IMG/VR virus record: IMGVR_UViG_3300001335_000085
Span: 1,365-65,364 of that record
From: a virus
Direction: 5' to 3' (one strand)
Length of the DNA: 64,000 bases
Below, piece after piece: positions 1 through 9,150 of this stretch. The notes under the pieces are model-generated. The model made no database searches. It was not told the DNA's origin and saw only the letters and a program-made list of their open reading frames with translations. The translations under genes and the position numbers were made by a program. Position 1 is the stretch's first letter. The number at the start of each line of letters is the position of its first letter.

Positions 1-95
1 TATATTCTATCTATATCCTATACTTTTTCCTTGCTATTTATAATATAATGACGTATAATTAATATAGTTAAAATTATTTTTAAGGGAGTTTTATT

Positions 96-257
96 ATGAA
101 ACAAGTATCAAGAAACAAGTACCACGAATTCCTAAGCAAGCATTACTATGTCACTAGACATGTTTGTGACAGCCTAGTACTGCATATTGACAGTACCGGT
201 AAAACAATTGCCAGAACTATATTCACAAAAAGTAAAACAGAATTTTATATCAAATAG
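96..257 (+). CDS. small hypothetical protein (53 aa)
   Basis: ATG after GGGAG RBS, open to TAG; read manually, below track cutoff. Confidence 0.55.
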   Translation: MKQVSRNKYHEFLSKHYYVTRHVCDSLVLHIDSTGKTIARTIFTKSKTEFYIK

Positions 258-310
258 TATTGTATATATATAAAAAAATATGATACAACAATAACCAAGG
301 AGCTTATATT

Positions 311-679
311 ATGATGGAAAAAACATTACCTGAATTTTATGTTATTTCGGGAAAAACCGAAAAAAAAGATTACACAGAAAACTTGCTCAATGACATATTA
401 GCAAGTAAACAAGTGTTTCAGCAAGTGAACGGTTTCTATAAAGAAGAATCTGAAACTTCTTTTATCATTTACCAGCTTACATATCCTAGTGCGTTGGCGC
501 TCATGCTTAAGTATGAACAGGAATGTATTCTAAAGGTAGATAGTGAACGATGCGCTTACCTTGTATACAATAATGGTTCTATTGTGTATGTAGGAAAATA
601 GAAAACCGTTACCAGGCAAATAGCTACTACAAAAGATAGTTACACCGAGTATAAGGGTAACTATTTCATCTGTGAATAA
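311..679 (+). pseudogene. phage SAM lyase (T3 SAMase-like) interrupted by in-frame TAG at 599-601
   Basis: Motifs FYVISG, GFYKEE.E.SF, YEQECIL, AYLVY match the T3 SAMase pattern; frame continues past TAG as KTVTRQIATTKDSYTEYKGNYFICE to TAA 677-679. Confidence 0.7.
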
Positions 680-699
680 AAAATAAAAGAGGTAATATT

Positions 700-819
700 A
701 TGGTATTTATTGCATGTGCGATCATTTTAGCTATCGCTGGTATCTTGTGGCATATCACACCTGGAGATGAACGTAAAAGAATGGGATTAGCGCCAAAGAA
801 TCAGTACAAAGATAGATAA
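700..819 (+). CDS. 39-aa single-TM micropeptide, paralog of 30287-30415
   Basis: GAGGT RBS; MVFIACAIILAIAGILWHITPGDERKRMGLAPKNQYKDR. Confidence 0.75.
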   Translation: MVFIACAIILAIAGILWHITPGDERKRMGLAPKNQYKDR

Positions 820-820
820 T

Positions 821-864
821 AAATAACCTGTGTTATGTCAATATTGACATAACACAGGTTATTT
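821..864. repeat. perfect loopless 44-bp palindrome
   Basis: AAATAACCTGTGTTATGTCAAT|ATTGACATAACACAGGTTATTT. Confidence 0.95.
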
Positions 865-872
865 GCTATAGT
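844..872 (+). promoter_or_regulatory. sigma70-type promoter
   Basis: TTGACA-17-TATAGT. Confidence 0.75.
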
Positions 873-888
873 ACTGAAGAGGTGTTAA

Positions 889-1056
889 ATGGATATACAA
901 AAAATTAAAATTGACTACGCTACACTGAACATTAAGACAAAAGCAGAGACAGACCAACGTAAACAAGCCTTAATAGATGATGGTTATGTATTATACAATA
1001 GCTATACAAATGTAATTCAAGATTATATAATCTTAGAATATCGAAAGGAAATGTAA
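889..1056 (+). CDS. small hypothetical protein (55 aa)
   Basis: GAGGTG RBS, ATG..TAA, downstream of promoter 844. Confidence 0.6.
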   Translation: MDIQKIKIDYATLNIKTKAETDQRKQALIDDGYVLYNSYTNVIQDYIILEYRKEM

Positions 1057-1161
1057 TAATAAATATGATGTATATCATAAGAATGAATTGCATGCACACA
1101 TGAACAAAAGGAAATTAGTGAAATTCGCTAATTATCTTTATGCATACAAATAGGAGCAATT

Positions 1162-1491
1162 ATGAAAGGTTTACTGGTACGAGTTGATGGTACAATGGAA
1201 AAAGTGAATACAGATTATGAAACATTGAAAAAGTGTGTTGGCGGTTATATTGAACATATATACCCTCGTTCAAATATTGCTGAAATGCTTAGCACAGCAC
1301 TTAAGAAGCCTGTACACTTTATTTGTGATGAAGAATTCCTACTTAAACACAGCACTACAGAAGATGTGAATATGTTGGGTAGTCTGTTATATGATGGATG
1401 GATTCTAGGAAACATCGTTCTAGTGAGTGTAGAAGGCCCGGAATTTTGTGGTTTTGATGATAATATACTAGACACTATTATTAAATATTAA
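1162..1491 (+). CDS. DUF3846-like protein
   Basis: L..L...VGGYIE, ICDEE.LLK, N..GS.LY, I.GNIVLV pattern; AGGAG RBS. Confidence 0.7.
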   Translation: MKGLLVRVDGTMEKVNTDYETLKKCVGGYIEHIYPRSNIAEMLSTALKKPVHFICDEEFLLKHSTTEDVNMLGSLLYDGWILGNIVLVSVEGPEFCGFDDNILDTIIKY

Positions 1492-1920
1492 ACACCTGTA
1501 GACTTACGAGGATTGCATGTAACGCAAAGTTACATGCAATCATATAATACTACCATAAAGAAGATTAAGCTTTGCGTTACAAAACATTTATAAAAAAACA
1601 TTATTTTGCACATACCGAAGAATTACAACTAGATAATACACAAATAGACCGCTATAATATAAACTCTATTGACTTTGTTAATTGGCTAATACGCAAAAAA
1701 TATATAATTAGTACATGGCGATACACAAAAAAAGGTAAAAAAAAGTTATGGTGAATAGCAGTAAATTACGTGTTAAACCATTAGAGATATTATATCAATA
1801 TCCAACTATATTGTTTATAAACGGTGTAGCAATATTGAATATGTACCTGTACTTCTAAAAAAAGAGGAAGAATAACCTAGATAAAAACACATAGGTAATA
1901 GTACCTATAAGGAGCTTATT

Positions 1921-2100
1921 ATGGATTTTGCTATACAAACTGTACCGACCTATACCTACAACCACAAAAACCGTATATATAAACTATTTAAGAATCCAGC
2001 AACGAACAAATGGGAAGTATGGAAAGAATCAACAGAACATTACTATGTTGGATGTTGGGCTAAAAAAGCTACTGCAAAAAGTTTTATAGATAACTTATAA
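1921..2100 (+). CDS. small hypothetical protein (59 aa)
   Basis: AAGGAG RBS, ATG..TAA read manually. Confidence 0.6.
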   Translation: MDFAIQTVPTYTYNHKNRIYKLFKNPATNKWEVWKESTEHYYVGCWAKKATAKSFIDNL

Positions 2101-2296
2101 TTAACAGAAATTTAACAATTTATCTATTGCATATTCAGTATGGATATGTTATATATACTATACTAATTGACTATTAGTAAATTCAACAAGGTGTATTGGG
2201 AATTTAATCAACTAATCTATACAAGTTTTCTTGTTACTTGCTGGATTAGGGTAAAATAGTCATTTACCTGATTAAATTCCCAATGTAATATACAAT

Positions 2297-3631
2297 ATGA
2301 AAGAACAAAGCATAATTAAAAACAGAACTAATTATAGTCTAATCTATAATGATATACTAAGAAATGAAACAATTTCATGGGAAGCTAAAGGGCTATACGC
2401 TTATCTCATGATATTACCAGATAATTGGACTATCTATAAATCAGAGATACAAAAGCATTCAACACACAAAGGCAGAGATGCTTTTAATAAGATATGGAAA
2501 GAATTAGAATCAGTTGGTATTATTCAAAAGATACCATCTAGAATACAAGGTAAATTCAGCAATATGTCTTATGTAATCACCATAACACCCTTTACAGCTG
2601 ATTCAACCGTTGACTGGAATCCAGTCACTGGTAAACCACCTCTACTAAATACTAATATAATGACTACTGATACGGATACTGCGTATCCTACTAAGAATGA
2701 TATGAGTACATATCATATAGGACAATCTGCTGACGCAGAATTGCCCTGTATAAATTCAGCTGATATACAAGAACTGAATATATTTGTTCAACCTGGAAAA
2801 GACAATATTAAATCCATCACACCTATAAACACATATATAGAATTTTGGAATACATTTGATTGTTTTAATACACATAAAAAAAGAGATACTAAGATATATA
2901 AAAGAACTGATACCTATATCAATCATCTATTGAATAATAGATTTACCAGTACCTATGATATAGATAAAGATTGGAGAATAGATAATAATCTATCATTATC
3001 TGTCTTAAAGCAATTAACAGGTAGCTCACTGAAAAAAGCAATCATATTATATTCCCTTAAATTCTCACCAGAATATAAACCTGAGAATAAACAGTACCTA
3101 CCAAAGAGTTTTGCTGATTTTATATTTAATCCTACAACAGGTAAATCACAACTATTATGGGTATTGAATAATCCACCACAGAAACTGCATGCACCGGATA
3201 TACCTACAGCAAGAAAACGGTTACAAGAATATGCAACCATGATTGATAAATTCCTACTATATGCCTATCCAAACTGTAGCACCAAGAACAAGTACACTAT
3301 TTACATAAATAGTTACAAGACTATTCAAGAAATAAAACGTATCCACAGCACTATGGCTGAATATAATAATCATGAATTCATGCTACAACTAGGAAAAGAC
3401 ACAATAACACCATTTGTAGACAAATGGCTCACATACATAGGGTACAAAAAACACATAAAAACCATAGATTTTAATTGTACAGGATATACATGGAATAACT
3501 TTTTACAGTATCTTGCTACCGAATATAAGCTACAATTAGACGTTTCTGAAAAAAAAGTAAAAAAACCTAAAAAAAGTGAAATAACTAGAATACGTGAAGA
3601 TAACGATGACGAGTACCTTGACATGTTCTAG
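2297..3631 (+). CDS. replication initiator / replisome organiser-like protein with N-terminal HTH
   Basis: N-terminal NYSLIYNDILRNETISWEAKGLYAYLMILPDNW..GRDA....WKELE..G.I motif typical of phage HTH replication proteins. Confidence 0.6.
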   Translation: MKEQSIIKNRTNYSLIYNDILRNETISWEAKGLYAYLMILPDNWTIYKSEIQKHSTHKGRDAFNKIWKELESVGIIQKIPSRIQGKFSNMSYVITITPFTADSTVDWNPVTGKPPLLNTNIMTTDTDTAYPTKNDMSTYHIGQSADAELPCINSADIQELNIFVQPGKDNIKSITPINTYIEFWNTFDCFNTHKKRDTKIYKRTDTYINHLLNNRFTSTYDIDKDWRIDNNLSLSVLKQLTGSSLKKAIILYSLKFSPEYKPENKQYLPKSFADFIFNPTTGKSQLLWVLNNPPQKLHAPDIPTARKRLQEYATMIDKFLLYAYPNCSTKNKYTIYINSYKTIQEIKRIHSTMAEYNNHEFMLQLGKDTITPFVDKWLTYIGYKKHIKTIDFNCTGYTWNNFLQYLATEYKLQLDVSEKKVKKPKKSEITRIREDNDDEYLDMF

Positions 3632-4453
3632 ATAGTACCTGAGACTTACGAGAAAGCTCACCACAGCATTTTATATAGAAAGTAGTATAGATTTACCATA
3701 TTGCCTTTATCTATGCCGTCATGACAATCCTCGTATAAATCTGCATTTAAACACTATTCAATGGTGTATTGACAAAATTTTCAATTTATGATAGTACTGT
3801 TCATGGGAAATATGCATATTGTATGTATGTATATATCCGTATAGTTATACTATACGTTATGGCTTTGCACATAGCACCCTGTACTCACAAGGGTTACATG
3901 AGAGCGCTAGGGGTAGGAACAATTGCGTAATATGTAGGCATCAGCGGACAATGAGGCTATGGAGCTGTCCACATGAGTGGAAAAAAATGATAGAAATCTG
4001 TACCATACCGCCTGTATCGGCATTATAGACCAGCGCCTGTATCGGCATCGTAGAGCAAAATCATAGCCTGCATCGGCTTTATAGAACAAGCTATCATGTA
4101 GAGTTAACAGCTACACTGATACTGTGCTACCATGGGTTATAACGGAAGGACGTATACATACAATAGTACGGACGCCCCTGAGTAGGAGTCACGGATGTAA
4201 TAAGGCAGATAGCAAAAATCTGATAAAACCCTTATGAATAAGACCATGGGTATAATGTATATATACTATATATTATACAGCAGTAAGAAGTAGGTATGTA
4301 GTAGTGCCAAGCTTCACGCTGTTCAGCCAAGCCCCCCTATATGGTCGGTTGGGCATAGCTATGCCCAAATGAGTACTCGAATCTGACCCTAAAATACACC
4401 ATACATACACTAAATAATAACTCTAAAAGTACCTATAGTATAGGAAAAAATAC

Positions 4454-4483
4454 TTGACATATCACGCCGTATAATGGTAATAT
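4454..4483 (+). promoter_or_regulatory. sigma70-type promoter
   Basis: TTGACA-18-TAATAT upstream of 4511. Confidence 0.55.
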
Positions 4484-4510
4484 GACGTAAACTAAAAGAA
4501 GGAAGTATCT

Positions 4511-5539
4511 ATGAGAACATTTGAAGTGTATGATGAGAACACCAGTATCATGAGAGAAGCTTTACGTAAGCAGATAAAAGAGTATGTGAAAAAATATCAT
4601 GCTGTTAAATCAATACCTATGTTTCACAGGCTCACATATCCTAATGTGATTATTGTGGATACTACCGAATTTTTAGGTAGATGTTCATTTGATGAAAATG
4701 TCTGCACTATACAGATAGCTGAAAAAGTTATCCATGATACTATGTGTGCTGATGTGTTAGGGCATGAGGTAGCACATTTTCTAGACCATAATAAATCGGG
4801 GCATGGTGAAGAATTCAAAGCTATTTGCGCTATACTTGGTGTGCCTACTACAGCCCGTCGCCCTATAGACTGTATCAATACTATTGATACACTACTCACG
4901 AAGATACAAAAACTGTTAGCTCTTAGTGAATCATCGAATGTACATGAAGCAGAAACGGCTATGATTATGGCACGTAAATTGATGCATAAATATGGCATAA
5001 CTGAAGTTTCCCCATCACAAAAGATATGGCGTACCGTTCTTACCGCCTATAGCAACTACACCGCTGAATATAAGACTATCACTAGGATTGTCGCAAAGAT
5101 GACGGGTACGTATATTGTACTTGACAAACAGTATGAGAGTAATTACATTAGAGCGCATGGTACACGTACGCAACTAGAGATAGCGGGATATCTATTTGAC
5201 TATCTGCATACTGAGCTTGCTACACTGTACAAGAAAGCTAGGAAAGAAGGTAATCTACAAGGTAATGCAAAATCAGCATTCTACTATGGCATATTGCGGA
5301 GTATGGATGCACGGTTCAAAGAACAAGACAATACAGAAGGATGGGGATTGGTCGTGTCAAATACGGTAGACGATTTAGTGAAAAAATTCATATATGATGA
5401 ACCGTTGATAACAAGCAAAAGTAAGTCTACTCGTATAGGAAATGTACAGGCATATAACATGGGACAAAAGGCAGGAAAGACACTGCAAATCAGACAAGGT
5501 GTTGCACAAAAGCAAACTGCGCTTTCAATAGGTAATTAA
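4511..5539 (+). CDS. SprT-like zinc metalloprotease domain fused to DUF2786-like domain
   Basis: HEVAH..D....GHG.EF zincin motif; KIQKLLALSESSNVHEAETAM..A.KLM.KY DUF2786 motif. Confidence 0.75.
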   Translation: MRTFEVYDENTSIMREALRKQIKEYVKKYHAVKSIPMFHRLTYPNVIIVDTTEFLGRCSFDENVCTIQIAEKVIHDTMCADVLGHEVAHFLDHNKSGHGEEFKAICAILGVPTTARRPIDCINTIDTLLTKIQKLLALSESSNVHEAETAMIMARKLMHKYGITEVSPSQKIWRTVLTAYSNYTAEYKTITRIVAKMTGTYIVLDKQYESNYIRAHGTRTQLEIAGYLFDYLHTELATLYKKARKEGNLQGNAKSAFYYGILRSMDARFKEQDNTEGWGLVVSNTVDDLVKKFIYDEPLITSKSKSTRIGNVQAYNMGQKAGKTLQIRQGVAQKQTALSIGN

Positions 5540-5655
5540 ATACCCATTGAGACGTATGAGGATTGGCACTACGGCATTTTATATAGAAAGTAGTATAGAT
5601 TTACCATATTACTATTTCGTGTTGCGTAGTGCCAATCCTCGTAAAAGGAGATACT

Positions 5656-6116
5656 ATGAGATTATGGCATTTTAAGACTCTAAGAATTTTAAGTAATCAA
5701 CGGTTACAAAGACAGCATAGAGAATGTTGTGCTATGAGGGGAAAAGGATGGGCAAAAAACATGCTACCGTTGATTATATATGGAACTATCCATATGAAAA
5801 TTTATATATGTATCATATGTGTGTGATGACTGAAGGCAGAAGAAGAGGAATCGCATTTAATACTATATGGAATAACCCATGTTATAGAGGAAAAGTACTA
5901 CAGTATGTAGATACACTGCCTAATGAATATATGTGGCAGAGTTTTAACTATACAGAATTCACGGATACGTATGCACAGGAATGCGCAGAATTGTTACTTG
6001 ATAGAGGTGACCTTGATTTACCACATAATACCCTTACATATGATGAACGATTTAATGAACTGATGGATATACTGCAGGTTGATGGTAATTTTCAAAAAGT
6101 ATGTAAATGGGGTTGA
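5656..6116 (+). pseudogene. pyrimidine-dimer DNA glycosylase-like protein (TIGR02328/DenV-related), split by a -1 frameshift near 5750-5760
   Basis: MRLWH..QHRECCAMRGKGW in one frame continues as GKKHATVDY..Y..L..YH..VM.E...RG..YRGK in the -1 frame. Confidence 0.75.
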
Positions 6117-6164
6117 CTATATAGCGATATAGTGCATAATGGTAGATAGATAAAGGAGATTATT

Positions 6165-6521
6165 ATGAGTATGAACGTACATGTACAGGCAACTTGCAAA
6201 AGTGTTTTGCACGGGAAGAATGGACAGATAAAAGAAACAACACATGAAGAATACTTTTCTCTCTGGCAGACACCAACAAGTGTGACCTATGAGATAGTAA
6301 ATAGCGATGACCCATACCAAGCATATCTTGATTGGCTGTTGACTGTGTGTCCTGAAGCTACTGTAGAATGCAATGAATACGTAATTGATGATTTCTTTTG
6401 CGAAAGAGAGCCAATAAGTGTTATAACTGTGCCAAGCAGAAGAATCGCCCATGAGATAGCTTTGGCAGAATGGATACATGCCAATGACGATTTTTATGAA
6501 ATAATTTGGTTTTATATGTAA
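6165..6521 (+). CDS. hypothetical protein
   Basis: ORF with AAGGAG RBS in co-oriented gene run. Confidence 0.7.
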   Translation: MSMNVHVQATCKSVLHGKNGQIKETTHEEYFSLWQTPTSVTYEIVNSDDPYQAYLDWLLTVCPEATVECNEYVIDDFFCEREPISVITVPSRRIAHEIALAEWIHANDDFYEIIWFYM

Positions 6522-6582
6522 AACATATTACACAACATGCAAATATGTGCTATATTAGTTCTTAGTTGGAAGGAGAAATAAA

Positions 6583-6783
6583 ATGAATGGAAACAGAGTG
6601 TTGAAAGCAATCGAAAGACAAAAAAATTCTAAAAAGAGGATTAATCAGCTGATAGAGGAAAGAAAAAATATCATGAACATGACCGCAGATTTCTTTGCAG
6701 AGAGACTTCTTAAGACAAATACAAAAAATTTGTCAATTGCTACCGGTTTTTCGGAAAGAGAAGTATATTCAATTTATAGATAA
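6583..6783 (+). CDS. hypothetical protein, possible C-terminal HTH
   Basis: AAGGAG RBS; LSIATGFSEREVYSI resembles an HTH. Confidence 0.6.
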   Translation: MNGNRVLKAIERQKNSKKRINQLIEERKNIMNMTADFFAERLLKTNTKNLSIATGFSEREVYSIYR

Positions 6784-6798
6784 AGAAAAGGAAGAAAA

Positions 6799-6987
6799 AT
6801 GATAAACAGCTTTAAGGCAGCGGACATAAAGCTTCACAAGGATTCTCAAGGTGCTTATGAAGCAAAACATAAATATCAAGGTATTCTGTATGAATCTGAG
6901 TTTTTTGACACAAAACGTGATGCACGTATAGAAGCAGTTTATGTGTTGACATGTTTGAAAGATGATGAAGAAGTAAAAGGGGAATAA
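6799..6987 (+). CDS. hypothetical protein
   Basis: ORF abutting neighbours. Confidence 0.6.
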   Translation: MINSFKAADIKLHKDSQGAYEAKHKYQGILYESEFFDTKRDARIEAVYVLTCLKDDEEVKGE

Positions 6988-6988
6988 C

Positions 6989-7324
6989 ATGGATTATGTA
7001 CAAGGTTTTATGGATACTACAGGTCTCTCAGAGTATGACGCGAATGATCAGCTGTGCGCTATGTCACACGACATGGGATCGACGTACGCAGATGGGGAAA
7101 GGGACGGTCTGGCATACCTGGCTGTATTCCCAGATGGCATCCTGATACATCCTGACTCGGGACACTGGCAGAGGGAATCTGCCTGGAGAGCAGAGGCAGA
7201 GGACTATACAGATGATGGTGGTCCATCCATCGACGAGCAGATCGCAACCTTTATCTCGTACGATCCTAATGTAGATGTCTTGCATGCAGATGGAACAGCG
7301 ACGATAAAGGAAGAGGAGGCATGA
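6989..7324 (+). CDS. acidic hypothetical protein
   Basis: ORF, stop/start overlap with next gene. Confidence 0.65.
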   Translation: MDYVQGFMDTTGLSEYDANDQLCAMSHDMGSTYADGERDGLAYLAVFPDGILIHPDSGHWQRESAWRAEAEDYTDDGGPSIDEQIATFISYDPNVDVLHADGTATIKEEEA

Positions 7325-7860
7325 ACGAAATCGCAAAAACGCAGTTAGAACTTGACTTACAGGATTTATATGATACACTCGTTGACTATCATACAGAAGA
7401 GGATGGAGATTACTTTGGGACCTACGCAGACTTCCCCGTTGAGGAGAACTTCTGCAGTGCTTGTTATTACGATAAGCATGGATATACTGAAAATAGTGTA
7501 CTACATGATATGGCTGTGCTGTATGGGTATGACCATGTACAGGATATGTTATCTGATTTATATGCTTGGTGTGATATAAAAGACCGCTGGAATTCGGGTT
7601 ATTATTATAACCCACGTGTTACGCTATCTTTCGGGTACTATAGAATCGATGAAGTAGAACACCAGTTTTCTGAGAGTATCACAGACAGACTGGAGAGGTT
7701 ATCGAAAGAGGAGATTGATGACCTTCATACCGATTTTTGCATTGACCACACCTCAGGTTATATATATCTGTGTGGCGGAGTTTCTTTTGAGCTATCAATT
7801 TATGATGCTATGAGGTGGTTGGAAGAAAACAGGAAAGAATATAAAAAGGACGAAGCATGA
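7321..7860 (+). CDS. acidic hypothetical protein
   Basis: GAGGAGG RBS, ATGA overlap. Confidence 0.7.
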   Translation: MNEIAKTQLELDLQDLYDTLVDYHTEEDGDYFGTYADFPVEENFCSACYYDKHGYTENSVLHDMAVLYGYDHVQDMLSDLYAWCDIKDRWNSGYYYNPRVTLSFGYYRIDEVEHQFSESITDRLERLSKEEIDDLHTDFCIDHTSGYIYLCGGVSFELSIYDAMRWLEENRKEYKKDEA

Positions 7861-8321
7861 ATACAAAAGAAGTAATCAAGAAAGAAAAAACCACGTATTC
7901 GGGAAAGCTGTCTATCTGTTAGGAGAAGATAAAAATGGTAAAAATTACTGGCTAGAAGTGCCATCATGGGATTGTGGCTGGTATTGGGGTTTTGGTTATG
8001 TCATGCAATATACAAACAATACTAGTAGTCACGAACATATTGACAGTTCGTTCCTGTGTGAAAATGTAGTCAATTTGTATGATGCTAAGCAATTACATAA
8101 GACATCCTTTTCATATGTTGAGGGCTGGAAACTTACTGAACTGTTCAGACAGTTTTATTTGCTGAAAGAGATGGCTGCTTTTGCTGGAAGAGAAAGACCT
8201 AACTGTCATATAGCAAGCTCAGTGGTTGCCCATGGTGCTTTGTCATCTTGGTCTGGGCATATCAATAAAGTGATGATACCAGCAATCACTGAGGCAATTA
8301 TAACAATATTGACTCCCCTAA
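7857..8321 (+). pseudogene. conserved-looking phage protein (WDCGWYWGFGY motif) with homopolymer frameshifts at 7885-7890 and 8315-8318
   Basis: ATG 7857 frame stops early; the -1 frame gives HVFGKAVYLLGEDKNGKNYWLEVPSWDCGWYWGFGY; removing one C at 8315-8318 gives ILTP-stop. Confidence 0.55.
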
Positions 8322-8384
8322 GATTGTATTTTTTGCTACTTATTATCTTGCAGACAAAGGTCAGACAACACCTTAATATTTTAC

Positions 8385-8413
8385 TTGACTTATCACACAT
8401 TTTGTATTATACT
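8385..8413 (+). promoter_or_regulatory. sigma70-type promoter
   Basis: TTGACT-17-TATACT directly upstream of the AcrIII-1-like gene. Confidence 0.7.
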
Positions 8414-8435
8414 AAAGAAGTAAAGGGGGGATTTT

Positions 8436-8714
8436 ATGAAATTGTTAAATGCATTTTCACTTCAGATGTTGAAGCAGTTTCCTGCACAGGTGACATTTGA
8501 AGAGGTTACTGAGTTACCGGAAGGGCTTGAATCTGCGGTAGGGCATCAGGATACAGCTAGAGTGCTTGGAGTTGTTATGAACAGAGTTACGGTAACACTT
8601 GAAAAAGGTGAAGTATTCTTTGTTGCACAGCTTCAAGGTGGAAGACTACCAGAAGGTGTAACTACACTACCAGGAGGATTTTCTTTTAAGTTTTTAAGGG
8701 GTAGAGTGGATTGA
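8436..8714 (+). CDS. acrIII-1: DUF1874 / AcrIII-1-like viral ring nuclease
   Basis: LLNAFSLQML, SAVGHQDTA (GH catalytic motif), NRV...L..G, VAQ..G.RLPEG.TTLP. Confidence 0.85.
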   Translation: MKLLNAFSLQMLKQFPAQVTFEEVTELPEGLESAVGHQDTARVLGVVMNRVTVTLEKGEVFFVAQLQGGRLPEGVTTLPGGFSFKFLRGRVD

Positions 8715-8763
8715 TATTTTCTGGAATGTGTAGTAGTATCGTGTTACACATAGGGAGAATAGC

Positions 8764-9150
8764 ATGGAAGTCACACGTAATGTATTAGTGAACATAGTAC
8801 GAGCAGTACAGAAATCGTCTATTAGTGCTAAGTTCGTAGAAGGGTTATATACTACATTCATACAGTATCTAGAATCTCAGCACATAACAGTTACTACTGA
8901 AAAGTTGTATGATGTTATGTGCGTTACTTGTAATAATGGTACTGTGCGTAGTACACAATACACATACCCAAATAATATTCATATTGCAGGGATGTTGACA
9001 TACACAATATTATCTAACGCAAATACAGTACAAGATGTATTAAAGTATATTATCTTATTAGGGGCTGACTTAGATGAAGACAGTACAATAAGTGATTTTG
9101 TTTTAGAGTTGTTTTGTATGTTAGTTAGGATAGCAGCTGATGAAAGTTAA
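8764..9150 (+). CDS. hypothetical protein
   Basis: GGGAG RBS, overlaps next gene. Confidence 0.65.
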   Translation: MEVTRNVLVNIVRAVQKSSISAKFVEGLYTTFIQYLESQHITVTTEKLYDVMCVTCNNGTVRSTQYTYPNNIHIAGMLTYTILSNANTVQDVLKYIILLGADLDEDSTISDFVLELFCMLVRIAADES

